A DNA stretch of 64,000 nucleotides from an uncultured Solirubrobacteraceae bacterium (GTDB taxonomy: Bacteria > Actinomycetota > Thermoleophilia > Solirubrobacterales > Solirubrobacteraceae), in the NCBI GenBank assembly GCA_964483345.1, contig CAZABN010000002.1, forward strand, positions 8,351-72,350, in the 5' to 3' direction. The position numbers and the translations under genes are program-made. Positions within the stretch are counted from its first letter, which is position 1; the number at the start of each line of letters is the position of its first letter. A model generated the notes under the pieces. It was not told the origin of the DNA and did not search any database. It saw nothing but the letters and a program-made list of their open reading frames with translations. Below, one piece after another: positions 38,981-48,900 of the stretch.

Positions 38981-39630
38981 TGGGCTCGCTGGACGTCGTC
39001 ACGCTCACCGTCGGACCGTTCCGCGAGAACTGCTACCTGGTGCGGCGGGCGGGTGCTGCCGAAGCCGTGATGGTCGACCCGGGAGACGAGGCCGAGCGCC
39101 TGATCGAGCAGCTCGGGCTGCTCGGTGTGTCGGTCGAGGCGATCCTGCTCACGCACACGCATGTCGACCACGTCGGCGCCGTTGCCGCGCTCGCGCGCGC
39201 CACGGGCGCGCCGGTCTACTGCCCGGCGCTCGAGCGCGAGATCCTCGCCGACATCGACGGCTCGGTCGGCTGGCTGGGCCTGAGCGGGTTCGAAAGTTAC
39301 GACGCTGACGAGCTGCTCGGCGGCGGCGAACATCTCGAGCTGGCGGGCCTGGCGATCGACGTCATCTTCACGCCGGGCCACAGCCCCGGCCACCTCACCT
39401 ACGCGCTGCCCGAACACGAGACGCTCGTGGTCGGCGACGTCCTCTTCCGCGGCTCGGTCGGAAGGGTCGATCTGCCGGGTGGCGACTGGGAGGCGCTGCT
39501 TGACTCGATCGCGACCCTGTTCGACGGCTACCCGCAGCAGACGCTCGTGCTACCGGGCCACGGCCCGCAGACCTCGCTCGAGGAGGAGCGCCGCAGCAAC
39601 CCGTTCCTGACCGAGCTCGCCGCGCGGTGA
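38980..39630 (+). CDS. MBL-fold metallo-hydrolase (glyoxalase II-like)
   Basis: ILLTHTHVDHVGAVAAL (HxHxDH), FTPGHSPGH and VLPGHGPQT. Confidence 0.88.
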   Translation: MGSLDVVTLTVGPFRENCYLVRRAGAAEAVMVDPGDEAERLIEQLGLLGVSVEAILLTHTHVDHVGAVAALARATGAPVYCPALEREILADIDGSVGWLGLSGFESYDADELLGGGEHLELAGLAIDVIFTPGHSPGHLTYALPEHETLVVGDVLFRGSVGRVDLPGGDWEALLDSIATLFDGYPQQTLVLPGHGPQTSLEEERRSNPFLTELAAR

Positions 39631-40856
39631 GCAAGCTCACAGCCCCGCGTGGGACGTTCGACATCCTGCCCGAGCAGGCGAGTGTGCGCGCCGGCGTGGA
39701 GCGCACGGCGAGTGAGCTGCTCGAGCGGGCCGGCTACGGCCGTATCGAGACCCCCAGCTTTGAGGCGACCGAGCTGTTCACGCGCGGCGTCGGCGAAGCG
39801 ACCGACATCGTGCGCAAGGAGATGTACAGCTTCGACGACGGCAGCGGGCGCTCGCTCACGCTGCGCCCGGAGGGCACCGCGCCGGTCTGCCGGGCCTATG
39901 TTCAACACGGCATGCACAAGCTCCCGGCGCCCGTCCGCCTCTACTACCTCTCGAGCTTCTTTCGTGCCGAACGCCCGCAGGCCGGTCGCTACCGGCAGTT
40001 CTGGCAGCTCGGACTCGAGGCGCTGGGCTCCGAGGACCCGGCGGTCGACGCCGAGACGATCGTGCTGCTCGCGACGATCCTCGCCACGCTTGGCGTGACC
40101 GGGGTGCGGCTGCGGATCTCCAGCCTGGGCAGCCCCGCGACACGCGCCGCCTACTCCGAGGACCTCGGAACCTACCTGCGCGCCAACGCGCCGCGCCTCG
40201 CCCCGGCGGTGCGCGAACGCATCGACCAGAACCCGCTGCGCGCGTTCGACTCCGACGATCCGGGCACCCGCGAGGTGATGGCGGGAGCGCCGCGGCTGCT
40301 CGACCGCCTGGAGCGCGAGGACGCCGAGCACTTCGCGGCGGTGCGCGAGCTCCTGACGCGCGCCGGCGTGGCGCACGAGATCGACCCGACGCTCGTGCGC
40401 GGCCTCGACTACTACACGCGCACGCTGTTCGAGTTCACCAGCGACGCCCTCGGTGCACAGTCCGGAGTGGCCGGGGGCGGCCGCTACGACGGCCTCGTCG
40501 AGCAGCTCGGCGGGCCGCCGACGCCGGGCATCGGCTGGGCGGCCGGGATCGAGCGGATCATGCTGGCCTCCGGCGAACATCCGGTGACCGTGGCGGCGGT
40601 CGATGTCTACGTCGCCTTCGAGGCCGGCCGCGCCGATGCCTTCGCGGCGCTGACGGCGCTCCGCGAGGCTGGGCTGGCGGTCCAGATGGAGCTCGGCGGC
40701 CGGTCGCTGAAGGGCCAGCTCAAACAGGCTGACCGTCTCGGCGCGCGCTTCTTCGCGCACGTCGAGGGCGGGTCGGTGCGGCTGCGCGACCTGCTGGCAG
40801 GCACTGAGGAGACCGTCGATGGCCGTGACCTCGTCGATCATGTGGTGCGCTCGTGA
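39627..40856 (+). CDS. hisS: Histidine--tRNA ligase
   Basis: PRGTFDILP..., EMYSFDDGSGRSLTLRPEGTAPVCR, YRQFWQLGLEALG, GGGRYDGL. GTGA overlap with the upstream gene. Confidence 0.95.
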   Translation: MSKLTAPRGTFDILPEQASVRAGVERTASELLERAGYGRIETPSFEATELFTRGVGEATDIVRKEMYSFDDGSGRSLTLRPEGTAPVCRAYVQHGMHKLPAPVRLYYLSSFFRAERPQAGRYRQFWQLGLEALGSEDPAVDAETIVLLATILATLGVTGVRLRISSLGSPATRAAYSEDLGTYLRANAPRLAPAVRERIDQNPLRAFDSDDPGTREVMAGAPRLLDRLEREDAEHFAAVRELLTRAGVAHEIDPTLVRGLDYYTRTLFEFTSDALGAQSGVAGGGRYDGLVEQLGGPPTPGIGWAAGIERIMLASGEHPVTVAAVDVYVAFEAGRADAFAALTALREAGLAVQMELGGRSLKGQLKQADRLGARFFAHVEGGSVRLRDLLAGTEETVDGRDLVDHVVRS

Positions 40857-42634
40857 TGCATCAGCCGGCGCCCAACGAGTACCGCGATCACTGGTGCGGC
40901 GAGCTGCGCGCCGGCGACGCCGGCAGCGACGTCCGCGTGGCCGGCTGGGTCCACCGCCGCCGCGACCATGGCGGACTGATCTTCATCGACCTGCGCGACC
41001 GCTCGGGCCTGCTGCAGCTCGTCTTTCATCCAGACAGCGCCCCGGCCGCCCATGCCGCCGCGCACGACCTGCGCAGCGAGGCTGTGCTCAGCGTCGCCGG
41101 CGAGATCGTGCTGCGCGGCGCGGGGACGGTCAACCCGTCGCTCGCGACCGGCGAGATCGAGCTGGCCGTTCGCGAACTGGATGTGCTCGCGACCTCGCCG
41201 ACGCCGCCCTTCCCGCTCGACGAGGACGTCGGCGTGGATGAGACGCTGCGTCTGCGCCACCGCTCGCTGGATCTGCGCCGCGAGCCGATGCGTGACGCGA
41301 TGGTCCTGCGCCACCGGGTGGCGCACACGATGCGCGAGGTGCTGGAGCGCCACGACTTCCTCGAGGTCGAGACGCCGATCCTGACGGCCGCGACGCCGGA
41401 GGGCGCGCGGGACTTCCTCGTGCCCTCGCGGCTCCAGCGCGGCTCCTTCTACGCGCTGCCGCAGTCGCCGCAGATCTTCAAGCAGCTGCTGATGATGGGC
41501 GGCCTCGAGCGCTACTACCAGATCGCCCGCTGCTTCCGCGACGAGGACCAGCGCGCCGATCGCCAGCTCGAGTTCACGCAGCTCGACATCGAGATGTCGT
41601 TCGTCAACGAGGAGGACGTGCTGCGCATCACCGAGGAGGTGATGAGCGCCGTCTTCGAGGCCGGCGGGTTCACGCTCGCCCCGCCGCCGTGGCCGCGGAT
41701 GTGTTACGCCGAGGCGATCGGCCGCTTCGGCTCGGACCGTCCCGACACGCGATTCGGTCTCGAGCTGCACGACGTCTCGGAGCTCGTGCGAGGCTGCGAG
41801 TTCAAGGTCTTCGCCGGCGTGCTCGAGAGCGGGGGGGTGGTGCGCGCCATCAACGCCGGGGCACGCGAGCTCTCGCGCGCCGAGCAGGACGGCCTGAGCG
41901 AGTTCGTACAGCGCTACGGCGCCAGGGCGGTCGCCCCGATCGCCGTCGGCGACGGCGGCTGGCGCGGCAACCTCGCGAAGTTCTTCAGCGCCGATCAGAT
42001 CGGCGCTGTCAACGCAGAGCTGGGAGCGAGTGACGGGGACCTGTTGCTGTTCGTCGCCGACCGCGCCGCGGTCGCCGCGCAGGCGCTCGGCGCGCTGCGG
42101 CTGGATCTGGCGGAACGCTTCGGCCTGATCGACGGCGCTCGCCACGACGTGCTGTGGGTCGTGCAGTTCCCGATGTTCGAGTACGACGAGGAGGCGGGGC
42201 GCTGGAGCGCGATGCATCACCCCTTCACCGCGCCGGCGCCGGCCGAGGGCTCGACCGAGCTCGACTTCGCGCAGCCCGGCCTGCTGCGCTCGCGCGCGTA
42301 CGACCTGGTCGTCGACGGCGCCGAGCTGGGTGGCGGCTCGATTCGAACGCACACGCCCGAGATCCAGCAGCGCGTGTTCGAGGCGATCGGCCTCAGCGAC
42401 GCGGAGGCGCAGGCGCGCTTCGGCTTCCTGCTCGACGCGCTGCGCTACGGCGCGCCGCCACACGGCGGCATCGCCCTGGGGATCGACCGGATCGTTGCGA
42501 TGATCGCGGGTCGCGAGTCGATCCGCGATGTGATCGCGTTCCCCAAGACCGCGAGCGGATCCGATCCGCTGACCGGCGCGCCGGCGCCGGTCGACGCACA
42601 CACGCTGCGCGAGCTGGGTCTGCGGCCGGCGTAG
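40853..42634 (+). CDS. aspS: Aspartate--tRNA ligase
   Basis: GWVHRRRDHGGLIFIDLRDRSGLLQLVF, FYALPQSPQIFKQLLMMGG..RYYQIARCFRDEDQRADRQLEFTQLD, GGGSIR, PPHGGIALGIDR. Confidence 0.95.
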   Translation: MMHQPAPNEYRDHWCGELRAGDAGSDVRVAGWVHRRRDHGGLIFIDLRDRSGLLQLVFHPDSAPAAHAAAHDLRSEAVLSVAGEIVLRGAGTVNPSLATGEIELAVRELDVLATSPTPPFPLDEDVGVDETLRLRHRSLDLRREPMRDAMVLRHRVAHTMREVLERHDFLEVETPILTAATPEGARDFLVPSRLQRGSFYALPQSPQIFKQLLMMGGLERYYQIARCFRDEDQRADRQLEFTQLDIEMSFVNEEDVLRITEEVMSAVFEAGGFTLAPPPWPRMCYAEAIGRFGSDRPDTRFGLELHDVSELVRGCEFKVFAGVLESGGVVRAINAGARELSRAEQDGLSEFVQRYGARAVAPIAVGDGGWRGNLAKFFSADQIGAVNAELGASDGDLLLFVADRAAVAAQALGALRLDLAERFGLIDGARHDVLWVVQFPMFEYDEEAGRWSAMHHPFTAPAPAEGSTELDFAQPGLLRSRAYDLVVDGAELGGGSIRTHTPEIQQRVFEAIGLSDAEAQARFGFLLDALRYGAPPHGGIALGIDRIVAMIAGRESIRDVIAFPKTASGSDPLTGAPAPVDAHTLRELGLRPA

Positions 42635-42701
42635 CGGGCCGCGCGGGCGTGCCGGGAGGCGGCGCGCGGCGCGCGGGCCGGGTGCGCCGGGCGGCCGCTC
42701 C

Positions 42702-44339
42702 TCAGCCGCTGCCGAGCTGCACCGCCTTGACCACCAGCAGCACCACCGAGACGACGAGGTAGCCGCGCAGCCCCAGCATCGCGGCCTTGCGGCCGGATGA
42801 CCAGACGGCGGGTTCGAGGAACGTCAGTTGCGGCATCGTCCACTGCGCCTTCGGGACGGTTGGGCCCTCGTCGATCACCGTCACCTCGCCGCCGCCGCGG
42901 CCGCTGCGGAGTGTCCAGGCGCCGAACGCCAGCAGCGCCGCCGCGAACGCCCCTCCACCGACCAGCGCGAACTGCGTGACATTCACCCTGGGAAAGACGG
43001 TGGTCGCCATCAGGATCAGCGAGAGCAGGACGAGCACCGCGACGATCACGGTCGCCAGGATGTTCAGCCAGGTCGGGTTGCGCCACGGTCCGAGCACCGC
43101 GCGGTCGTTGCACAACAGCAGCAGGAACACCGTCGCGCTCGGGAGCAGCACACCGGCCAGCGCCTGAACCGAGGTCGTGATCACGCCGAGCGGGGCCCCC
43201 GGGATCAGCACGATCGCGGCGGCGCCCGCGATCAGGCCGGCGAAGATCAGGTAGAAGGACTTGGCATCCGAGAAGCTGCGGTGCAGCGAGCTCTTCGTGC
43301 CGAACATGTCGCCGAAGGCGTAGCTCGTCGAGAGCGTCAGCGCGGCGGCGCCGATCAGCGAGGCGTTCAACAGGACGAGCGCAAAGAACGCTCCGCCAAC
43401 CGATCCCAGCTCGAGCTTGAGCCCGTTCGCGGTGCCGAGCGCGTTCGTGAAGTGGCCGTATAGCGGGGTGCCCTTGAACGCGAACGCCGAGACCGCGATC
43501 AGCGCGCCGGCGCCGATCACCACGACGACCGCGCCGATCCACGTGTCGAGGCGCTCGTAGTTGATCCAGCGCGGAGTGATCCGCTTGTCGATCACGTTGG
43601 ATTGCTGAAAGAACAGCTGCCACGGAGCGACGGTCGTGCCGACGATCGCGATGATCAGCAGGACCGAGGTCGAGTTGGCGCCGCCGGCGATCGAGGGGAC
43701 GAAGAAGTCATGCGCGACCGGGCCGATCTTCGGATGCGCCATGAAGAACAGCGGGATCGCCAGGAGGTTGGCGAACACGAACACGAACATCACGCGTTCC
43801 CAGCGGCGGAAGCTGCCGCTGGCGGTGATCGCGACGAGCAGTACGGCGGCGATCGGCACGGACACGAAGGCGGAGATCCCGAAGTAGGAAAGCGCGAGGC
43901 TGACGCCGATGAACTCGGTGACGATCGTCAGGAAGTTCAGCAGGAACAGGTCGCCGACCGAGAACCAGCCCCAGAAGCGCCCGAACCGCTCGTTGATCAG
44001 GCGTGCGTGCCCGACGCCTGTCACGGCGCCGAGGCGGACGACCATCTCCTGGTTGACGATCAGCACCGGGATCAGCAGCAGCAGCACCCACAGCAGGCTC
44101 GTGCCGTAGTTCTGGCCGGCCTGGGAGTAGGTGGCGACGCCGCCCGCGTCGTTGTCGCCGACCATCACGATCAGGCCCGGGCCGACGATCGCCAACAGCG
44201 CCAGCGCCCGCGCGCGCCAGCTGCGCCGCACCCCGGTGTCGTGCTGGCCGATCGTCCCGAAGGCGCCCTGGATATCGCCGACATGGGCGCTGTCGAGCAC
44301 GGCGCGCTCGCGCTCGGGCGTTGCCGTCATCCTGCTCAC
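42702..44339 (-). CDS. NRAMP/SLC11-family transporter with non-canonical (NRMT-like, probably Mg2+) binding-site residues and a C-terminal 2-TM extension
   Basis: NRAMP fold with GPGLIVMVGDNDAGGVATYSQAGQNYG, where canonical NRAMPs have DPGN. TM6 reads GTTVAPWQLFFQQS, where canonical is GA.VMPHNLYLHS. There are about 100 extra C-terminal residues. Confidence 0.88.
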   Translation of the reverse strand: MSRMTATPERERAVLDSAHVGDIQGAFGTIGQHDTGVRRSWRARALALLAIVGPGLIVMVGDNDAGGVATYSQAGQNYGTSLLWVLLLLIPVLIVNQEMVVRLGAVTGVGHARLINERFGRFWGWFSVGDLFLLNFLTIVTEFIGVSLALSYFGISAFVSVPIAAVLLVAITASGSFRRWERVMFVFVFANLLAIPLFFMAHPKIGPVAHDFFVPSIAGGANSTSVLLIIAIVGTTVAPWQLFFQQSNVIDKRITPRWINYERLDTWIGAVVVVIGAGALIAVSAFAFKGTPLYGHFTNALGTANGLKLELGSVGGAFFALVLLNASLIGAAALTLSTSYAFGDMFGTKSSLHRSFSDAKSFYLIFAGLIAGAAAIVLIPGAPLGVITTSVQALAGVLLPSATVFLLLLCNDRAVLGPWRNPTWLNILATVIVAVLVLLSLILMATTVFPRVNVTQFALVGGGAFAAALLAFGAWTLRSGRGGGEVTVIDEGPTVPKAQWTMPQLTFLEPAVWSSGRKAAMLGLRGYLVVSVVLLVVKAVQLGSG

Positions 44340-44542
44340 CTCCTTTCCGGGTCCGCTCCGTGGGTCGCGGGGCGGGCGCCGTGGAGGTCCCTCAGCCGGA
44401 TGTCAGGTGCTGACTCCAGGTGGGGACGCCGCAGCGCAGCGCCACGCGACCGCTACTTCGCGGGGGTTCGCCGTCTTCGTATCTGCTGGGGTCGTCCACG
44501 GTGTGAAGGTCCTGTCAAGTGCCCGATCCGGGCAGCAAGAGT

Positions 44543-45886
44543 CTACTCGCGAGCGAGCCCGTAGCGGCGCCGCCATTGCTCGGGCAGGGTCAGCTCGAGG
44601 ATGTCGTCGACCGAGACGACGCCGATCGGCCGGGCGTCGGCATCGACGACCGGAAGGGTGATCAGGTTGTAGTCGGTCATCAACCTCGCGACCTCCGGGA
44701 TCTCGGCCTCGGCGCCGACCGAGGGGGCGCTCGCGTCGGCGAGCGCGTCGAGCGCCTGGTCCGGTGAGGCGTGGATCAGCTGGCCGGTGGTGACAAGTCC
44801 GCTGAGCACGCCGCCGGCGTCTGTCAGCAGGATCGCGTGCAGGCTGTCCGCGGCGACGTCGTGCGCACGGGCGGCGGCGATCGCCGTCGCGACCGTGGCG
44901 TCGCGAGGCACCGCGACGAAGTCCGGGCTCATCACGCCGCCCGCGGTCGACGGGTTGTAACCGAGCAGACCCTTGATCTTGCGTTGCTTGGCAAGCGGCA
45001 TCAGGTCCAGCACCGGTAGCCGTCGCTCCTGCTTGATTTCGAGCAGCAGATCGGCGGCGTCGTCGCTCGCCATTCGCGCGAGCACCGCCGCGACCTCGCG
45101 GTCCGAGCGCTGATCGAGGAACTCGAGCTGGTGCTCGTCATCGAGCTCCTCGAAGACATCGGCCTCGAGCTCCTTGTCCTGCCCGACAGCCTCCAGGATC
45201 TCCTCCCCCTCCTCGTGGCTCGCGGCCTCGACCAGATCGGCGATCTGCGCCGGATGCAGCGACGCGATCCGCCGGTGGGCCAGCCGCAGGCGCGACGTCG
45301 GCACGTGCCCGACGAACGGTTCGAGCTGCGGCCACGGGACGAACGCCGGATGGGCGTCCTGATCTTCGCGCAGACGATGCGGCAGCAGCCGCCGCACGCG
45401 CGCGCCAAGGCTGGGGTCGATGCCCGCGACCCGCCAGGCGCCTTCCTGGTGTGTCAGCTCGACCTCACCGGCGCGCACGAGCCGCGCGGTGTTGACGTTG
45501 ATCAGGCTGCGTCCGAGCACGTCCGAGCGCAGCAGGATCTCGCCGGGCCGCCGTTCGAACTGGGCCAGGTTCAGTTTCGTCGTCGAGGTGTGGGCGCCGC
45601 CCGGCTCCAGGCGCGCAATGGCGTTCGCGGGGACGAACAGCAGGCGGCCGCCGATCGCGGCGCGAAGCCCGATCACCGGCGGCAGCGGGTCCGCGAGGTC
45701 GAGTCGCGCCACGAGGTCGTCCACGCGGCCAAGCCGCTCACCGGACGAGTCGAGCAGCGGGCTCCCCGCGAGCGAGGAGAGGTGGAGAACGCCGTCAGGC
45801 ATCGCCGTGCGCAACAGAGTAGTGGGTCGCGGGGTCGAACTGGTGTCGATCCCTGTGTCGCCGCCATGCCGCGCGGCGCGGGGCAC
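44543..45886 (-). CDS. Soluble PRC-barrel + MgtE_N + tandem CBS protein (MgtE cytosolic module with no membrane domain)
   Basis: PRC-like N-terminus (GERLGRVDDLVARLD...). MgtE_N (LHPAQIADLVEAASHEEGEEILEAV...ARMASDDAADLLLEI). Two CBS motifs (VMSPDFVAV..., ...LITLPVVDADARPIGVVSVDDIL). Ends with no TM helices. An alternative start lies at 45802. Confidence 0.85.
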   Translation of the reverse strand: MPRAARHGGDTGIDTSSTPRPTTLLRTAMPDGVLHLSSLAGSPLLDSSGERLGRVDDLVARLDLADPLPPVIGLRAAIGGRLLFVPANAIARLEPGGAHTSTTKLNLAQFERRPGEILLRSDVLGRSLINVNTARLVRAGEVELTHQEGAWRVAGIDPSLGARVRRLLPHRLREDQDAHPAFVPWPQLEPFVGHVPTSRLRLAHRRIASLHPAQIADLVEAASHEEGEEILEAVGQDKELEADVFEELDDEHQLEFLDQRSDREVAAVLARMASDDAADLLLEIKQERRLPVLDLMPLAKQRKIKGLLGYNPSTAGGVMSPDFVAVPRDATVATAIAAARAHDVAADSLHAILLTDAGGVLSGLVTTGQLIHASPDQALDALADASAPSVGAEAEIPEVARLMTDYNLITLPVVDADARPIGVVSVDDILELTLPEQWRRRYGLARE

Positions 45887-45913
45887 AACGCCCGGCCGCG
45901 CATGCCGTGTCCG

Positions 45914-48900
45914 TCAGCTACCCGGCGGGACGATCGTGAAGCGAAGTGACACCGGCGCCGACGGATGGCCGGTGAGGCCGGTCGCGCTCAGCTCCACGGC
46001 GTAGGTCCCGGCGGGGAGCCGGCCGAGCGACGTCTTGCCACCGAAGGCCAGCGCGTTGCCGCCGGCCTGCGCCCGGATCGTCAGCGTGCCGGCGGAGAGA
46101 CTGCGCGTGCAGCGCTGCGCCCTGGGTGCGGCCAGCGCCGGCGATACGCAGCGTCCACCGGCCTTGCGCCCGCCGGTCAGGCGGGCGAAGCTGAGTTCGA
46201 CCTGCGCGGCCTGGTCGAGCGAGAAGGAGAAGGTGGTGCCCAGCGGCAGGCGCGAGCGACGGGCCTTGCGCTCGAGCCATCTCGCCGCCGTCTCGTTCAG
46301 GCCGCTGATCGTCGGGCGCACCGCAACGATCGTGTAACTGGCGGTGAGCGCCGAGCTGACGCCGTTGCTGTCGGTGGCGATGACCGTGAAGCTGTGCGGG
46401 CCGGGAGCGGTGGTGGCGATCGAGGTGCCCGCGGCGTCCGGTCCCGTGCAGCTGGCGAGCGTCGCCGGCGCGCTCGCCGCGCAGCTGAAGGCGGCCGTCA
46501 GCGACTGTCCCCGCGCATAGACGCCACCGGCGGCGGGAGCGCCGATCGCAATCGTCGGCGGAGCGATGACGCTGTAGGTGGCGATCGTCGTAGTGGCGAA
46601 GCCGTTCGCGTCGGTGCTGGTGACGGCGAACTGGTGCACACCGACCGTGGAGGTGTTGATCGCCGCACCGTTGGCGACCGGCGCGGTGCAGCCGTTCGCG
46701 CCCGAGACGGAGGCGGCGCAGGCGTATGAGGCGATCACGCGTTCGCCCTCGGTGTAGGTCGCGCCGGATTGCGGGGAGCCGATCGCCTCGGTTGGCGCGT
46801 AGGCGAAGACGTCACCGGGGTTGGGCGGGCTCGCCCCCGCGAGGCCCGTGACCCGCACGTCGACCGATCCGGAACCCGCGGGGACCGTCGCGACCAGTTG
46901 CGTGGAGCTGAGGTCGGTTACCGACGAGGCGACTTCACCGCCGAACCAGACGGCGGTGTAAGGCGTGAAGCCGCTGCCGTCGACCGTGACCGTCGATCCC
47001 GGTCGCGCCTCGCCGCCCTGCAGCCCGGTGACCACCGGCTGCGCACCGATCGGCGTCGCGCTGGCGGCGCACAGTTGCGGCACGAGCCCGGTCGAGGATC
47101 CGTTGTCGGCGATCGGCGTGCCCAGTCCGGTCACCATGTCGTAGCCGGGGGTGGCGGGGTAGGCGCCGTAGGGGACGGTGCCGTTGAAGTAGCCGCTGTT
47201 GTCGCCGACCGTGACGTCGTTGAACGCGTCGGCGTGCTCGTCGCCGGCGGCGATCTCGTAGAGCAGAGGGTTCAGGAAGCCGAGCGGTGGCCCGGCCGTG
47301 CAGCCGCTGACCGCGCTGTCGCCCGCGAGCGGGGAGTCGGCGAGCGCCGCCACCGCCGCCCAGACCGGTGCAGACGAGCTGGTTCCGCCAAAGGCGGTCC
47401 ACGCGCCCTGGAAGTACGTCACGTAGCCGGTCTCGGTCGAGCCGTTCGCGGCCACGTCGGGCACCTCACGGCAGTACCGCGAGGTCTGGCCGCACGGTGC
47501 CCCGCTGGAGTAGCTGTTGAGCACCCCCGGGACCCCCGCGTCGATCTGGTAGGACGGCATCGCCCAGAGCGTCGAGATGCCGCCGCCGCTCGCGCCCCAG
47601 TAGATGCGGTTCCAGGAGGTCTCGCTCGGCGGTGGCCCGATCGCGTTGAGGTTCGTTCCGCCGACGGCTGTGGCGAGCGGCTGGCTTGCCGGATCGTCAA
47701 CGGCCAGCAGGGGCGCGTTGGGGTCACCCTGTTGCGCGATGTTGTTGAGGTTGTTGTTCCACTCGCTGGCGCAGGACTCCGCGCCCCGGTCTCCCGTCGA
47801 TGCGATGAAGCTCTCGCCCTGCGCCGCCGCCTCCTCGAGCAGTGTCTTCTCGCTCTGCGCAGCGGAGATGTCCTCCTGCTCGCACTCGCCCCACGAGTCG
47901 CTGATCACCTGAGCGTTGTCGGCCGCGACGATCCTGGCCAGGGTGTCGTAGCGCCCCATCAGCGTGTCGGGTCCCTGGTAGAGGTCGACGTTGGCCTCCG
48001 GCGCGAGCCCGATCAGGTCCTGCAGGTCGACCGCCGACTCGGCGGTCGAGATCTTGCTGCCGCCGCCGTCGACCAGCGGCTCGATCGTGATCTGGGCATT
48101 TGTGCCGTAGCACTGCTGGAATGTGGCGAGGTCGGTCGCCTCATCGGCCGAGCTCGCGTAGCTGTCGAGCTCGAGCAGTGCGACGGTCACGCCCTGGCCG
48201 AAATCGCCGTCGGCGTAGAGGTCGTCCATGCCGTACGCCTTGCCGATCTGGTCGATCGTGTAGACGTTCGAGTGGAGAGCCTCGAAGCCGCTGGCGCCCT
48301 GGCAGGGTGCCGGGCCGGCGCCGTTCGGGAACGATTGATCCGCCGCGGCGCGCGCGCGCGGCTTCCCCGCCCGTCTCGGTGCCGGCTTCAGCAGTGGGCG
48401 CACGAGGCCCTGCGGCTGTGCTTGCGGCACGTTGTCCAGGCCCAGCACGTTCTGCACGACCTTCCCGAGCACCGCCGGCATGCGCGGCGCCGCGGTGTTG
48501 GCGTAGAGGCGAACGCCTGAGTGCGTCCGGTAGCTGCGCAGATCGACGTCGAACGCGCGTGAGGCCTGTGACACGGTTGCCGAAACGGGGATCGAGAGCC
48601 CATTCGCGGCCAGCGTCCCTGGCTGCAGACCCTCGGCGCGCAGCGTGCTTCGGAGGGTCGCGACGCCGGCGGGGTCGGCGCCGAAGCGCGCGGCGAACTC
48701 GCCGACGGTCAGGTAGTGGTGGTAGCTCGTCGAGCCCGGGGTCGTCACCGCCGACACGAGCGCCGCGAGACCCGCGGGGTCGCGCGACTTCAGCACAACG
48801 GTCAGCGCGAGGCGGGTCCTCGGCGCGACGGCGCCGATCGCCGCAGCATCGGCGAGCGCCGGCGGCCGCGCGCCGACGACGACGCTGGACGGCGCGTCAC

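Noticed and set aside
44340-44542. M-box or Mn2+ riboswitch upstream of the NRAMP-like gene.
   Set aside because: I could not match the conserved cores of either class by eye. It is kept only as a low-confidence 'structured leader' finding that needs an Rfam scan.
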